DNA from: Strigamia acuminata
Lineage: Eukaryota
Assembly: GCA_949358305.1 (NCBI GenBank)
Contig: OX442314.1
Coordinates: 5,766,001-5,830,000, forward strand
Length of the DNA stretch: 64,000 bases
Direction of reading: 5' to 3'
Below the pieces are notes generated by a model. It was not told the origin of the DNA and ran no database searches. It worked only from the letters and a program-made list of their open reading frames with translations. Positions 25,945 through 36,879 of this stretch are shown here, piece by piece (the first letter of the stretch is position 1; every line of letters begins with the position of its first letter). The translations under genes and the position numbers were made by a program.

Positions 25945-26568
25945 GTAACTATAAACAAAAAAAAAGAATGTGGGTTTAAGACCACACGTTAGAAGTTAAA
26001 CTTCTTGACCTGTAAATTGTAATTTTGTAATCCTAATTTGTAATTTTCAGTACTCTGAGACCAAAATAATTATATTTTTGGCCAAAGTCATTGTTTGTTA
26101 CCAACAATTATTCCTTTTTTGCCCAACACAAAACAGCGAATTTGTGGTCCAAAAACTAACCACGTTAGCGATTACGAATGAGATGTCACACGAGATAACA
26201 AACCAGATGCGAAAAACAATAAAACGTTGAAAGCGTTGCAACAAAGTACGGAAATACCACGTTGCAGCGACGTGATCAGGGATCCATAATCTGCATGAAA
26301 ATACCAATCGCACAAAAGAATATTCGTAGGCAAATCACGTAGGCACGCGTTTGAGCGATATGTGAATTTGCAATTACACAAGTCGCAACTCGCAACTACG
26401 AATTGTTATGAATCATGCCATGATTCGTACGCGCGAGATCTCGCGTAAAAATGGCATAGGCATGCCTGTGCACGATTAACGGACGTCCAAATCAGCTGAA
26501 AATGTGTGCACCGACTGACTCCAAGTCGTCTTGGCACTGACTTCCCGCGCACTGACCACTTCACACAC

Positions 26569-27590
26569 AGGTCGGATCACTTCATCAAATCCCGTTTCAT
26601 CAAATTCTAATTTTTTACCATTTTTTGAAATGTGGAAAAACGGGGGTCGTTTCATCGAATTTAAATTCCGCTCGGTATGTTTCACCGAATTTTCGGCCTT
26701 CATCGGGGGTGTTATTCACTTGGCTACGTGGTTAGGTTAGGTTGTTTTAGGTTGTGTTAGGTCAGGTTAGGTTAGGTTAGGTCTAAGGGTGCGTTTGAAT
26801 TGAATTTTTTAAAAATCCAATCCAATGCAAAAAATTTCGGATGGGTAAACCAATTATCCAATCCTATCCAAAAAAAATAGTGGCCCATCCAATCCTATTT
26901 TCATTCAATTCAAACCGAATGCGGATTGCGGGTAGGATTGAGTCCCAAATGTCCAAACGTCTCAAACTGATGAATTAAGTGAAAAATGATCAAAAACTGA
27001 TGAATTATGTGCAGAAATGACCAAAAAAAGTTTAACATGAGCAAAAATGACCAAACACGGATGAATTACTTGCAAAACTGGCCAAAACGGATGAATTACT
27101 TACAAAACTGACCAAAAAAAGTCAAAAAAGTGAAAAGAAACTATAAAAATTTAAAATAAGGTGCATTTAAATTGATTTTTTGAATTTCGGATTATATGGA
27201 TCAGTTTCGGTTTTTTCTCTCAATCCTATCCAGAATGTATGGATAAAATTTTGACTTATCCAATCCGATTCAAAAAATATCGGATTGATTTGGGACCATC
27301 CGAATCCAACTCAATTCAATCCGAATTCGGTTTGGGTCAGAGGTATCCAATCCGACCGCACCCTTAGTTAGGTCAGGTTAGGTCAGGTTAGGTTAGGTTA
27401 GGTCAGGTTAGGTTAGGTTAGGTTAGGTTAGGTTAGGTTAGGTTAGGTCAGGTAAGGTCAGGTCAGGTTAAGTTTGGTTTTTGAACTTTTTTACTGTACA
27501 GTTTCATCGAAAATATTGAAAAAATGGTACATTTTATCGAAAAAACCCTCATTTGATGAAACGGGATTCGATGAAGTGACTCGACTTCCT
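26569..27590. mobile_element. Non-autonomous TIR element containing (TTAGG)n arrays
   Basis: ~30-bp inverted ends TCACTTCATCAAATCCCGTTTCATCAAAT; flanks TCACACAC/CCACACAC are a possible 8-bp TSD; TTAGG/TCAGG arrays at ~26730-26783 and ~27367-27471. Confidence 0.7.
26786..27364. mobile_element. MITE nested in the TTAGG array
   Basis: AGGGTGCG...CGCACCCT ends flanked by TA; subterminal ATCCAATCC-like repeats in both orientations. Confidence 0.6.
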
Positions 27591-28066
27591 CCACACACTG
27601 TCCTTCTCCGTCAGTTCGCTCTCGAGGAAACTCTGGATGAAATTCATCACATTAATCGTAGTATTTTTACTAATTCATTCCGGTGGTAATCGTTCATAAA
27701 CTTGATCAACGTGATTAGTGCGGGGTCGATCTCATCCTTGCTCCCGTTGCAATCGCCCGAGGCGTTGCGCCTATGAATACTTACAATGTGCACATGTGCG
27801 ACGTCATGCTTATGAATACACAGAACATGTATACATGTGCGACGTAGCGCAAGTGCATACTTACAAAACTTTTTGCCACGCGGATGCATACACACAGTAT
27901 GCATAATCGCGACGTCGCTCATAAAAAAATCGCTTATTTTATAGAGGCCCGACATGATCATGTTTTGTTCCAGTATCCCCACAGATGGCAGTGCTTTTCG
28001 TGACATCTCGTGATGTGACATGTCTCGTGTGACATCTCGTTTGGATTCACCTGTGCCAAAAGTAGT

Positions 28067-28288
28067 TGTCACGGGCACGTCTACCCGCCTATTTTTATTT
28101 TAGAATAACCCGATCTTATTTCTTATAATATTTTCTTGTTTCTCTCACTTGTGATGATTCATCTCACTTACTCATCTTCATTTAATGAATGCGCAATCTG
28201 GCTGATGCGCATATCATAATTCTTAACAATTGAACTCCTATTTTCACCTTTCCACCCCCTTCTCTAATTGATCTGACCAGTCACATGA
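28067..28288 (+). repeat. Family B 5' LTR, first 222 bp only
   Basis: Near-identical to 59569-59790; identity stops abruptly at ...CAGTCACATGA. Confidence 0.92.
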
Positions 28289-28951
28289 AATTAAACTAAA
28301 TGCATCATTTTGTCTAGTAAGTGTAATTCGCAAGTCAACATTATTTATGAGATAATGTGGTTGAGAAAAGATATCGCAGTGAAGTCTTCCAAACATCTGT
28401 AATTTTCCACAATCACCATCCTGCATGAGTCGATGATATCGTTTATAAATTCCAAACTCCTCGTTAAAATCTGCTACTGTTGGATCTAAATCATCAAATG
28501 ATCCTCCTGTATCCTCATAATACATCTCCACTGTTTTATAACTCTTTTTGGCATCATTTGAAAAACTGAGAATTGTTTCGAGATAACTTCTATAACAATA
28601 ATTTGAATCGGAAGCTGACACTAGCTTATCATTTAGTCTAACATCTATTTGACTGAACAATGAATGTAGGAATAAATTTGTAGGAGAAACCTTAGCTGTT
28701 TTTGTAATTACAGCCCCAGCACCATCGGTTACAGTTACATTTAGTAACAAGTATGTTTGACTCAAGTCAATGTACGTATCAGCAGTATCCTTGATTGAAA
28801 AATCTAATGGCTGTCCTGCAGTTACGGCTGTAATTGGATGGTATTCACTCCAATAATTATCTTCCACAGTTATTTGTGTGAGTGGTAATCCAAAAATGTC
28901 TAGTTCTGGAGTCGCGCCTTCGGCGGATGATTCATGGGGAAATTGCGGCAT
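28244..28951 (-). pseudogene. Polinton/Maverick major capsid protein, N-terminal half, truncated and read into the LTR antisense strand
   Basis: ELDIF..P.TQ...YIDLSQT...PTNLFLHSLFSQID..LN...YRSYLET.L...GRLHCDIFSQ..YL.NNVD..ITLTR, recognised as the Polinton MCP pattern; last ~15 codons come from the LTR. Confidence 0.85.
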
Positions 28952-28953
28952 GG

Positions 28954-29436
28954 CTAATCAAATATGTCAGGTCCAAGAAGTGAAGTTTTCCTTTTGCAGG
29001 ACTTCCTACGCACGTTCTTCTTCGGTCGAGTTCGTCTCTTAGACTGATTCTTTTGTTTGGTTACACGTCTTTTCTTTTGTTTACCATCCATCCGCTTTTG
29101 TTTGCCTCCTTTCTGTACACCAATCTTTTTTAAAAAATCCGATTTGGTTCGAACAACCTGATCTTTAAATGCATTTCCAAATTTTCTCTTGTTTACACGC
29201 ATATCGGAAATTACGTCTAATCCTCTCTTCAAACCATACGTTGCTGCATCCAACGCTCCACTTCTCACAAAAGGCTTTACAATTCGAAATGCGTCACTTA
29301 TAAGTGAACCCAAACCATGTCCTTGTTGATAGCGAGATCCTACAAATATAGGAAGATCTGCTCCACCTATTTGCGCATGATTTGAGCAATATCTATCCAT
29401 GCAGATTTGAGGGTTGTGTTCATAGTGAAATCTCAT
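28954..29436 (-). CDS. Polinton small basic core-like protein (160 aa from ATG 29436)
   Basis: QIGG..LPIF.G.RYQQGHGLG motif, amphipathic middle, K/R-rich tail ending DIFD; lies between minor and major capsid genes. Confidence 0.75.
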   Translation of the reverse strand: MRFHYEHNPQICMDRYCSNHAQIGGADLPIFVGSRYQQGHGLGSLISDAFRIVKPFVRSGALDAATYGLKRGLDVISDMRVNKRKFGNAFKDQVVRTKSDFLKKIGVQKGGKQKRMDGKQKKRRVTKQKNQSKRRTRPKKNVRRKSCKRKTSLLGPDIFD

Positions 29437-29440
29437 CTTG

Positions 29441-29578
29441 TCAATCCAATCTCTTCCTGAAGTGTAACGTTGCAACGACACGTCCAAACTCGAATGGTAC
29501 TTTTTCTCCGGTGTCACCCCTTATAAGCACTTGTATGGATTCAAATTGCAATTTTGCCAGCGGTTTATAATGTGGATT
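29441..29578 (-). pseudogene. Polinton minor capsid (penton) C-terminal fragment, not in the ORF track
   Basis: Manual translation NPHYKPLAKLQFESIQVLIRGDTGEKVPFEFGRVVATLHFRKRLD*, matching the penton P.Y.P...G..VPFE.G....LHF ending. Confidence 0.8.
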
Positions 29579-31281
29579 TTATTTCTGCGCCAACGACAGT
29601 TGCCACGTCAACACCAGCGTATCAGCTCGTGCCTCCAGCTTTCTTCACGCCTGGCCCGTCAGGAATATCAATGAATCCGACGATTTTACATTCCGAAGCT
29701 TTATTGATGTGTGATATTCGTAATCAGTTTTTCGTTCAGGCACAGGGATTACTCAAAGAAATGCGAAGCATTTACCAACAAGGCACTAGCCCTCCACGTC
29801 CGACGACACCCCCGTCAGAGGATGGTGGGTCCTCTCATGGATCCATAAGGGTAAAAGGCAATTCGGCACCATCAGGAAATGAACTTTCCACGGAAGTTCC
29901 TCATTGTGGAGGAGCAAGCCACCAACAACAATTTGCGCCCACCACCATAAATGCGCAACCAACGTCTACAACAACGACGCCACCGGTAATGACGCACGCC
30001 ACTACCTTTACTCAATGTCCGTCTGTGGCATCACAAATTGTGGAGTCAACAAAAGCCAATCAGCAGGTGATGAATTCTTTATTATGTGCCAAAATTAACA
30101 ACACAGGGCACCCATCCGGAGTAAGGGCCCAATTGTCTCTACCATCAATACGAGTAAGGCGAGAGGACTCTTCACGAGGATATAACACCTATAAAGAAAA
30201 ACTCCCCCGTTTTGACCCTGAGAAGGCCACACTTGATTCTGTTAATTTGTTTCTCGCGCAATTATTTGCGCATATGTATTCCACCCGCATGCCCGAGGAA
30301 GAGTATTTAAAAGTAAATATAATTCAAGCAACCCGCAACAAGGCGCAACGTTGGTGGCTCGCATTAAAACCAAAACCCAAAACGTGGATTGAGTTCGAGG
30401 CATTGTTTCGTAAGGCATTCTCCATGAATTCAGCGGCAGCCAATGTGAAAATTGCGAATCGAAAGCAACGCAGTGGAGAGTCCACCATGACTTTCCTCAG
30501 CGAAATAATCTATTATTTAGAAATTGCAGGCTACACAGACCCTGGATTACAATGGGAGAAGGCCCAGAACATGCTACTGTCTGACGTCGTCCAATTTTTG
30601 AGAACAATGCATGTCAAAACAATTGACGAAGCAATTCAAATGGGAAACGACGTGGACAATCGACTACTACTCGACTCTCATCGCAAAACTGAGTATAAAC
30701 ATTTGGGTCTTGTTGATCAGTTTGCACCTCTTTCAGAAGTAAACCCCTAATCCCCCACCGTGTTGAAATCCGTGGATAGGTCTAGAGGTGAAGCTGAACC
30801 TAAAACCTCCACGTCTAACGACGCCAAACGTTTTACGCGCTATCGTAAACAACAACTAATGTTAGAACTAGCTGCGTTGGAAGCCCGACCCGAGCAACCT
30901 TCGCCGCCACAGGAACCAAGTTCAAGTAGCAGCAGCGAGTCGGAACCGGAAGTGGAAACCAAAAAGAGTTCTGTCGCTGGAGCCGCGCAAAAGGTGAACA
31001 TTGCAGTAAATTCAACCACAATTGCGCCCCCTGCAGATCTCCCAAAGGACCATGTCTGTTCTACCTCCGTTGTTACATTTGCGCCATCACCAAAACCTCC
31101 AACAAGTGTCAAGTTTCCCGACAAAGGAGCAGCTTGGCGCAAAACGAGAAAGGATTGGTGGTACATGATTGATAACACTACTTGGCGCCCTATTTGTCCT
31201 GTGTGCTACAAAGTTTTCGAGAGGCAGGAAAACTCCGACGGCCTGAAGTTTCCGCGACCGGCGGAGCCAGGCCGCAAGTAA
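29579..31281 (+). pseudogene. gag: Family B gag, 5'-truncated, one in-frame stop
   Basis: LPRFD...AQRWW...TW.EF...F...RKQ..GES capsid motifs; TAA at 30748-30750 followed by the same frame to 31281; no CCHC knuckle, C-terminal CPVC. Confidence 0.85.
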
Positions 31282-33611
31282 ACCAACCGGTCTCCACAAG
31301 CGTAAAACGTGTGGAATCAACAAGACGTGCTCCACCCGACATCACCCTTGACGAGAACATTTCTGATAGGATTATTCCAACAACAACTACTCCTTCTATC
31401 ACTCCTAGTGAGTCTAAACCAGGAATTAGTGTTGTATCATCCACACCTTCATCTTCATCACCGATAGTGACGAATCAAAGGAAAACTTCAGTTTTGCAAC
31501 CTGTGGCTTTCCAGCTAGCATCTGGACCTGTTTCAAAGTCGACAGCCTTGCAAGCTGCGACTGCACAGAAACAAATCACCAAGAATGTGAGTAAAAACTT
31601 TAAACTACCCATTATTAAGACTACTTCCAGTGTCAATTCAGCGGAAGCGCCCAAGGAAGTGATCGCTCCAATGAAGGTATCTTTTGTCATGTTGACATCG
31701 GAAGAACTTAAAGAATCTCAAGAACCGATTATTGAGATAACACGCGCCGATAGATTGCGCAGAGAAGCTCCGTGCGTAAAAATATCGTGGGCAAATGTAT
31801 CATTTACCGCGCTTTTAGATTCAGGTGCTCAAACTTGTATCATGAGCGAGGAATTATTTCAACAACTTCACGAAAAGATGGGACTCGAATTTATTAATTT
31901 ACATGAACAGGTACAGGTCGCCTCCGGACATGTAGTAACTGCTTCAAAGTCAGTGACGCTTGCGTTGCGAGCGCCATTAGGAGTGGTGAGATTTGTGTGT
32001 TTGGTGTTGCCTGATGCCAAAAATGACTTGATCCTCGGACGAGACTTTAATCAAGCAGTCCGAGCAACCATCGATCATGGAAGGAGCCAGTGGAGCTTAG
32101 CTGGCTCAGATGAAATTCGTAAATTCGTGACCTATGAAGATGCCAAAAAATCTGAGTCCATTCTCGTGTTCCCAATGGCACCAGAAGGATTGGATAAATC
32201 AACAACTCCACTTGCTAAAATAAGTGAGATTGTCCCAAACAAAATACTCAAGAAGCCTGCGCCACCCAGTGACATTAACTGTGTGCTGCTATCACACCAA
32301 CCATTGAAAAATGAGGTTTTTGAGTATCCAAACGACGACTCACAAAGACAAGTAAAGACAATTAGGCATCGCGGTCGAACAACGTGGTCGAACATCTGGT
32401 CACCGAAACGAAAGGAAACTTCGAGGACTTCGAGTAGAATAAAAAAGACAATCTCTCGTAAGTTAACTTTAAGTCAATTTCGTCGATTGCGCCGCCTTCG
32501 TCATAAATTGAATATTATTCGTCCAATCGCCAAACAATTGGTTGCGCAACGAGCCAAAGACATTAACGACTCCAGAACAATTGCGCAACCTACTAATGGT
32601 GAGAACGACTCAAATTCAAATATTTACAACGTCAACTTTTTGCAGTATCAACCCAGTGAGAATCCGACCGATCTCGATTGGATTTATCACCAACTATGGA
32701 ATAAGTTGTCTGTTACGCAAATCAAGCTACTAATTGAAACCTTACAGCCAATTTCACAGATTTTCCGAGAGGAAGTCGGTTTATGTAATAATACGGAATA
32801 CGAAGTTAATCTGAAACCGGATTTTCGTCCGATCCATGTTCCAGTACGACCCGTAAACCCTGCGAAAAAGGCAATTATCGACAAATACATCGACAAGAAA
32901 CTTCAACAAGGTATAATTCGCCGTTCACAAAGTGATTGCGCCGTTGCCCTAGTGGTCGTGCCCAAGAAGACCGGGGAATGGAGAACAGCAATGGACTTCA
33001 GACCCATTAATGCGCAAACAATTCCGGATGTGTATCCACTTCCGGACATAGACAATATATTTGCGTATTTAGGTGGTGCACATTGGTTCTCGATAATCGA
33101 CGGGCGCGAGGCCTTTCACCAAATCGGAGTGCGCAAGGGAGATGAGCGATTCTTGGCCTTCATAACACACCGAGGACTATTTGAATACGTTCGTATGCCT
33201 TTTGGCCCCATCAACAGTCCTGCAACACTCCAAAGAGCGATGAATAAAACTTTGGCCAAATACTTGTACAAATTCGTATTTGTATACATTGATGATGTTA
33301 TTATTTTTAGCAAAACATTTGAGGAGCATGTTCAACATCTGCGTCTCGTTTTAGAAGAATTATTTAATGCTGGTTTCACCATGAACGCCAACAAGACCGA
33401 GCTCTGTCAACAGCGCCTCGAAGTTTTGGGCCACATCGTGGAATCTGGTCAGATTTCTCCAAATCCGAAAAAAGTGTCAGCTATCCAAAACTATCCTGCG
33501 CCAACAAATTTGCGCGAGTTACAACGTTTCAAAGGTATGGTGGGTTATTATCAATCTTTTATTGCGAACTTTTCCAAGACAAGTGAGGTATTCCGGCCAT
33601 TACTCAAAATT
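31182..33611 (+). pseudogene. pol: Family B pol, 5' part (protease, RT)
   Basis: LLDSGA, YPLP, RMPFG, YIDD; ends FRPLLK at the foldback insertion. Confidence 0.93.
31227..31273 (+). promoter_or_regulatory. Candidate -1 frameshift signal (G_GAA_AAC plus stem-loop)
   Basis: Heptamer in gag phase, 6-nt spacer, GGCCTG..TCCGC-gaccg-GCGGA..CAGGCC hairpin; pol is in the -1 frame. Confidence 0.6.
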
Positions 33612-33811
33612 GGGTACCCGTTCCAACGGCGAATCGCGTAAGGGCGAATTTCTAAAATTCGCCGTTGGAAACCTATTTTGACGTTTCCAATGGCGAATTT
33701 AATAAAATTCGCCATTGGAAACGTTTTTTGAGTGCCATTTCTGCTATTTGCCATTGGAAACATATTTTCCTGTTCCAAGGGCGAATGTGGAAAATTTGTT
33801 TGAAATATAAA

Positions 33812-34283
33812 ATTCGCCATTGGAAACGCAAAAACGTTTCCAATGGCGAATACGTGTAGGTTGAAATTCGCCGTTGGAAACGCAAAAACGTTCACAATGG
33901 CGAATACGTGTAGGTTGAAATTCGCCGTTGGAAACGCAAAAACGTTCCCAATGGCGAATACGTGTAGGTTGAAATTCGCCGTTGGAAACGCAAAAACGTT
34001 TCCAATGGCGAATACGTGTAGGTTGAAATTCGCCGTTGGAAACGCAAAAACGTTTCCAATGGCGAATACGTGTAGGTTGAAATTCGCCGTTGGAAACGCA
34101 AAAACGTTCCCAATGGCGAATACGTGTAGGTTGAAATTCGCCGTTGGAAACGCAAAAACGTTTCCAATGGCGAATACGTGTAGGTTGAAATTCGCCGTTG
34201 GAAACGCAAAAACGTTTCCAATGGCGAATATGTTTAGGTTGAAATTTGCCATTGGAAAGGGTTTTGCGTTTCCAACGGCGAAT
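33812..34283 (+). repeat. 54-bp tandem array in left foldback arm
   Basis: Unit TTTCCAATGGCGAATACGTGTAGGTTGAAATTCGCCGTTGGAAACGCAAAAACG, about 7-8 copies, each self-complementary. Confidence 0.95.
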
Positions 34284-34299
34284 TGAAATTGAACGCGCC

Positions 34300-36095
34300 T
34301 AGTGTGTATTTAAAGTGCTTGTGAGTCTCGAGCGAACGATTTGGTTTGTTTAATTCAAAGTGATCTTTATTTGTAACTCTAACTGGACGGAATTTCGTTG
34401 AAATTTAGCAAATTCCGATGAGATTTTGCAATTTTTTTGTAAATTTTGGTGATTTCCGATGAACTTACAGATTTTCGATGAAATTTCGTGATTTTTTCAA
34501 AGATTAAACGTTTTCATCATGTTTTTAAGAAAAGAACAAATAAACAAATCAATCAATCAATCAATATCAAAATAATTCCGCCAATTCCTGTAACCAATCA
34601 TTTCATTTTATTCTATCTAACAACATTGATAAAATTAACGCCATATTGGAAGAGTTATTCTGATTTTGATCAATTGATTGATCGTGTTGTTATTAGGAGG
34701 GAAAAATAAGGCACGAGTAGCTGCATTCAAAAATTAAAATATTTTGTGGTTTACTTCAATTAAAAAAAAAGTGACATCATCTCCAGTCCTATTTATTAAA
34801 TTAAACTATATTAATAATTTATTCAAAACTGTAAGTATATATTTATTATAATTATTTAAAAAAATCAAAATTTAAACTTAAAATACACTTAAACTAAAAT
34901 TGTATTTTTAGTTTTGAATGCAGCTACTGAATCTCATGTGCAGTGTGTTTTTATTTATATCACTTTTTACTACAAAGGGGTGGCCAACAACGGCTTGGGG
35001 CATTTTCCACATGTCCACTAACGAGGTCACAGAAGCAAGGTTTGATTTAGCAACAACAATTATATTTTAACTGATTGTTGATTTGTTTATTCATTTTTGT
35101 TGTTTTTTTCTTATTAATATTCCGAAAACATTTAACACTTCCAAGAAACAATTAAAACATTAATTATTCTTTTTTTTGAAAACTTATATTTTAAAGTCTA
35201 AAAATATATCTTTTTGTTTCATTTCTTCTGGTAGAACTTACTGATGCTATCTAATGTGTCCCTTCGGTGGTTTTGTGATGTGTTATATGCATTTGTTGAA
35301 GTGTCAAAAGATGGCAGCCATTGAGTTGGTGAGGAACAACTAAGAACAACTAGAGTCTTTTATTACTCTCTTAAAACAAGGAGGGTCAAGTCACCCAGAG
35401 GGGGGGTGACTACTTCATACACAGATGTGGAGGAATAAAAATGAGCGGAACACTCCACTATCCTCTTGGTTATCCCTCCCCACCCCAACCTAGGGTCAAT
35501 TTTGACCTCCAAAAGTGTTTTTATTTTTTTTTCTCAAAAACTATTGGATTTTTTATTCTGAAATTTCATGTATTTTCATTTAACATCATAACAAACAATA
35601 AAAAAATTAATAGATTTAAAAATCGCAATAATGGAAGCAGAAATGCAAACCAAAAACGCTCTTTTCTATCTCGAAATGAAATTTGTAAATTTTTAAACCA
35701 GTCTCATTCGACTGGAAATCAAAATCTCCACCTGCCCACGTATTTTACTTTTCGATTTGGTCAAGAAAAAGTACCATTACGAATTACGATCCACCAAAGT
35801 CGGTGACCACATGGCAAATTTGGTGGGAAATTTGAAAAAGACTGATTTTTAAAACTCAACAATTTTAATGTTTAAATAAGATTTCCTAAGTGTAATTTGG
35901 CGCTAAAAACGATGGCGTCGTTAGTTTTTTAATTAAATGTAGTTAAAAGGGAGAAAACAGCAAATTACGGCAAAATAATAAGTAAACCGGAGCGCCACCT
36001 GGCGGAAGCCGTAACCGAAACGTAATGTAATGTAATGAAAATGGACAACTGGGTGGAAAATTTTAAAAAAAAATATTTTAAAAAAATAACCGAAA
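34300..36095 (+). repeat. Left inner inverted arm
   Basis: Reverse complement of 41345-42848 and ~43150-43345; carries an extra 211 bp (35252-35462) between CTATC direct repeats. Confidence 0.88.
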
Positions 36096-36879
36096 TGATC
36101 GAAGAAAAGTGTAGAAGGGGTTTTGAAACCTAATATGTAATGCTTCCCTGCATTACAAATGTTTACTTGTTTACTGCCAACTTATCACCGCCAAAATAAT
36201 ACACTAAATCCTAAAACCGTCAATTTTTTTTCTATTATTTGCTGTTCTTTCCTATTTTTTTTGGTAATTTTTGATGATTTTCTGTTATTTTCTGTTATTT
36301 TCGGTAATTTTTTGTTGTTATTTGGTGTTACTTTAGGTTATTTTGATAATTTTCAGCTATTTTTTTTTTTTAATTTTTTTTTAATTTTTGGTTGCTGGTA
36401 TTTTGGATTATTTGCTGTGATTTTCTATTTTTCGGGTATTTTTTTTTAAATTTTGGTTGCTGGTATTTTGGATTATTTGCTGTGATTTTCTATTTTTCGG
36501 GTAATTTTCACTAAAAACCATGATGAAATCGCAAATCGGTGTTGGAATTTCTGTTCTTGTTTGTCGTTGATGACGTAAAAATAATGTCACATAGTGGCGG
36601 TATCTATAAACTTTGGAAAATCGTAATGGCGGAACAATTACTGCTCGGTTCGAATTTCAACAGTGGTTTTAAACAATATCACGTAAGTTATTCATTTAAA
36701 ACGGGTACATAACCGTTTTTAAGGCTATTTCAAAGCTATGAGAGAAATTGAAGAGTCAGATATACAGTGGAGCTTTCATATGTTCATACACTCATCTTGA
36801 ATTTTTAATAATACACGTTTCATACATAGTTACCAAAATACATTGTTAATTTAAAGTATTGTTCCAACATTCTCGCCCT

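Noticed and set aside
26051..26450. Further DEG/ENaC exons (CAG acceptor at 26050; CYESCH near 26404)
   Set aside because: No stop-free, phase-consistent frame could be built by hand
27600..28066. 143-aa minus-strand ORF and short palindromes
   Set aside because: No recognisable domain or element ends; probably a repeat remnant
28954..29517. 187-aa ORF start at 29517
   Set aside because: The first 27 codons overlap the penton frame; ATG at 29436 is the more plausible start
33551..34286. ORFs of repeated MANTCRLKFAVGNAKTFP and similar (also 43484-44045); CRISPR-like appearance
   Set aside because: Translation artefacts of a 54-bp tandem repeat; the inter-repeat sequences are identical rather than unique spacers, and the context is eukaryotic
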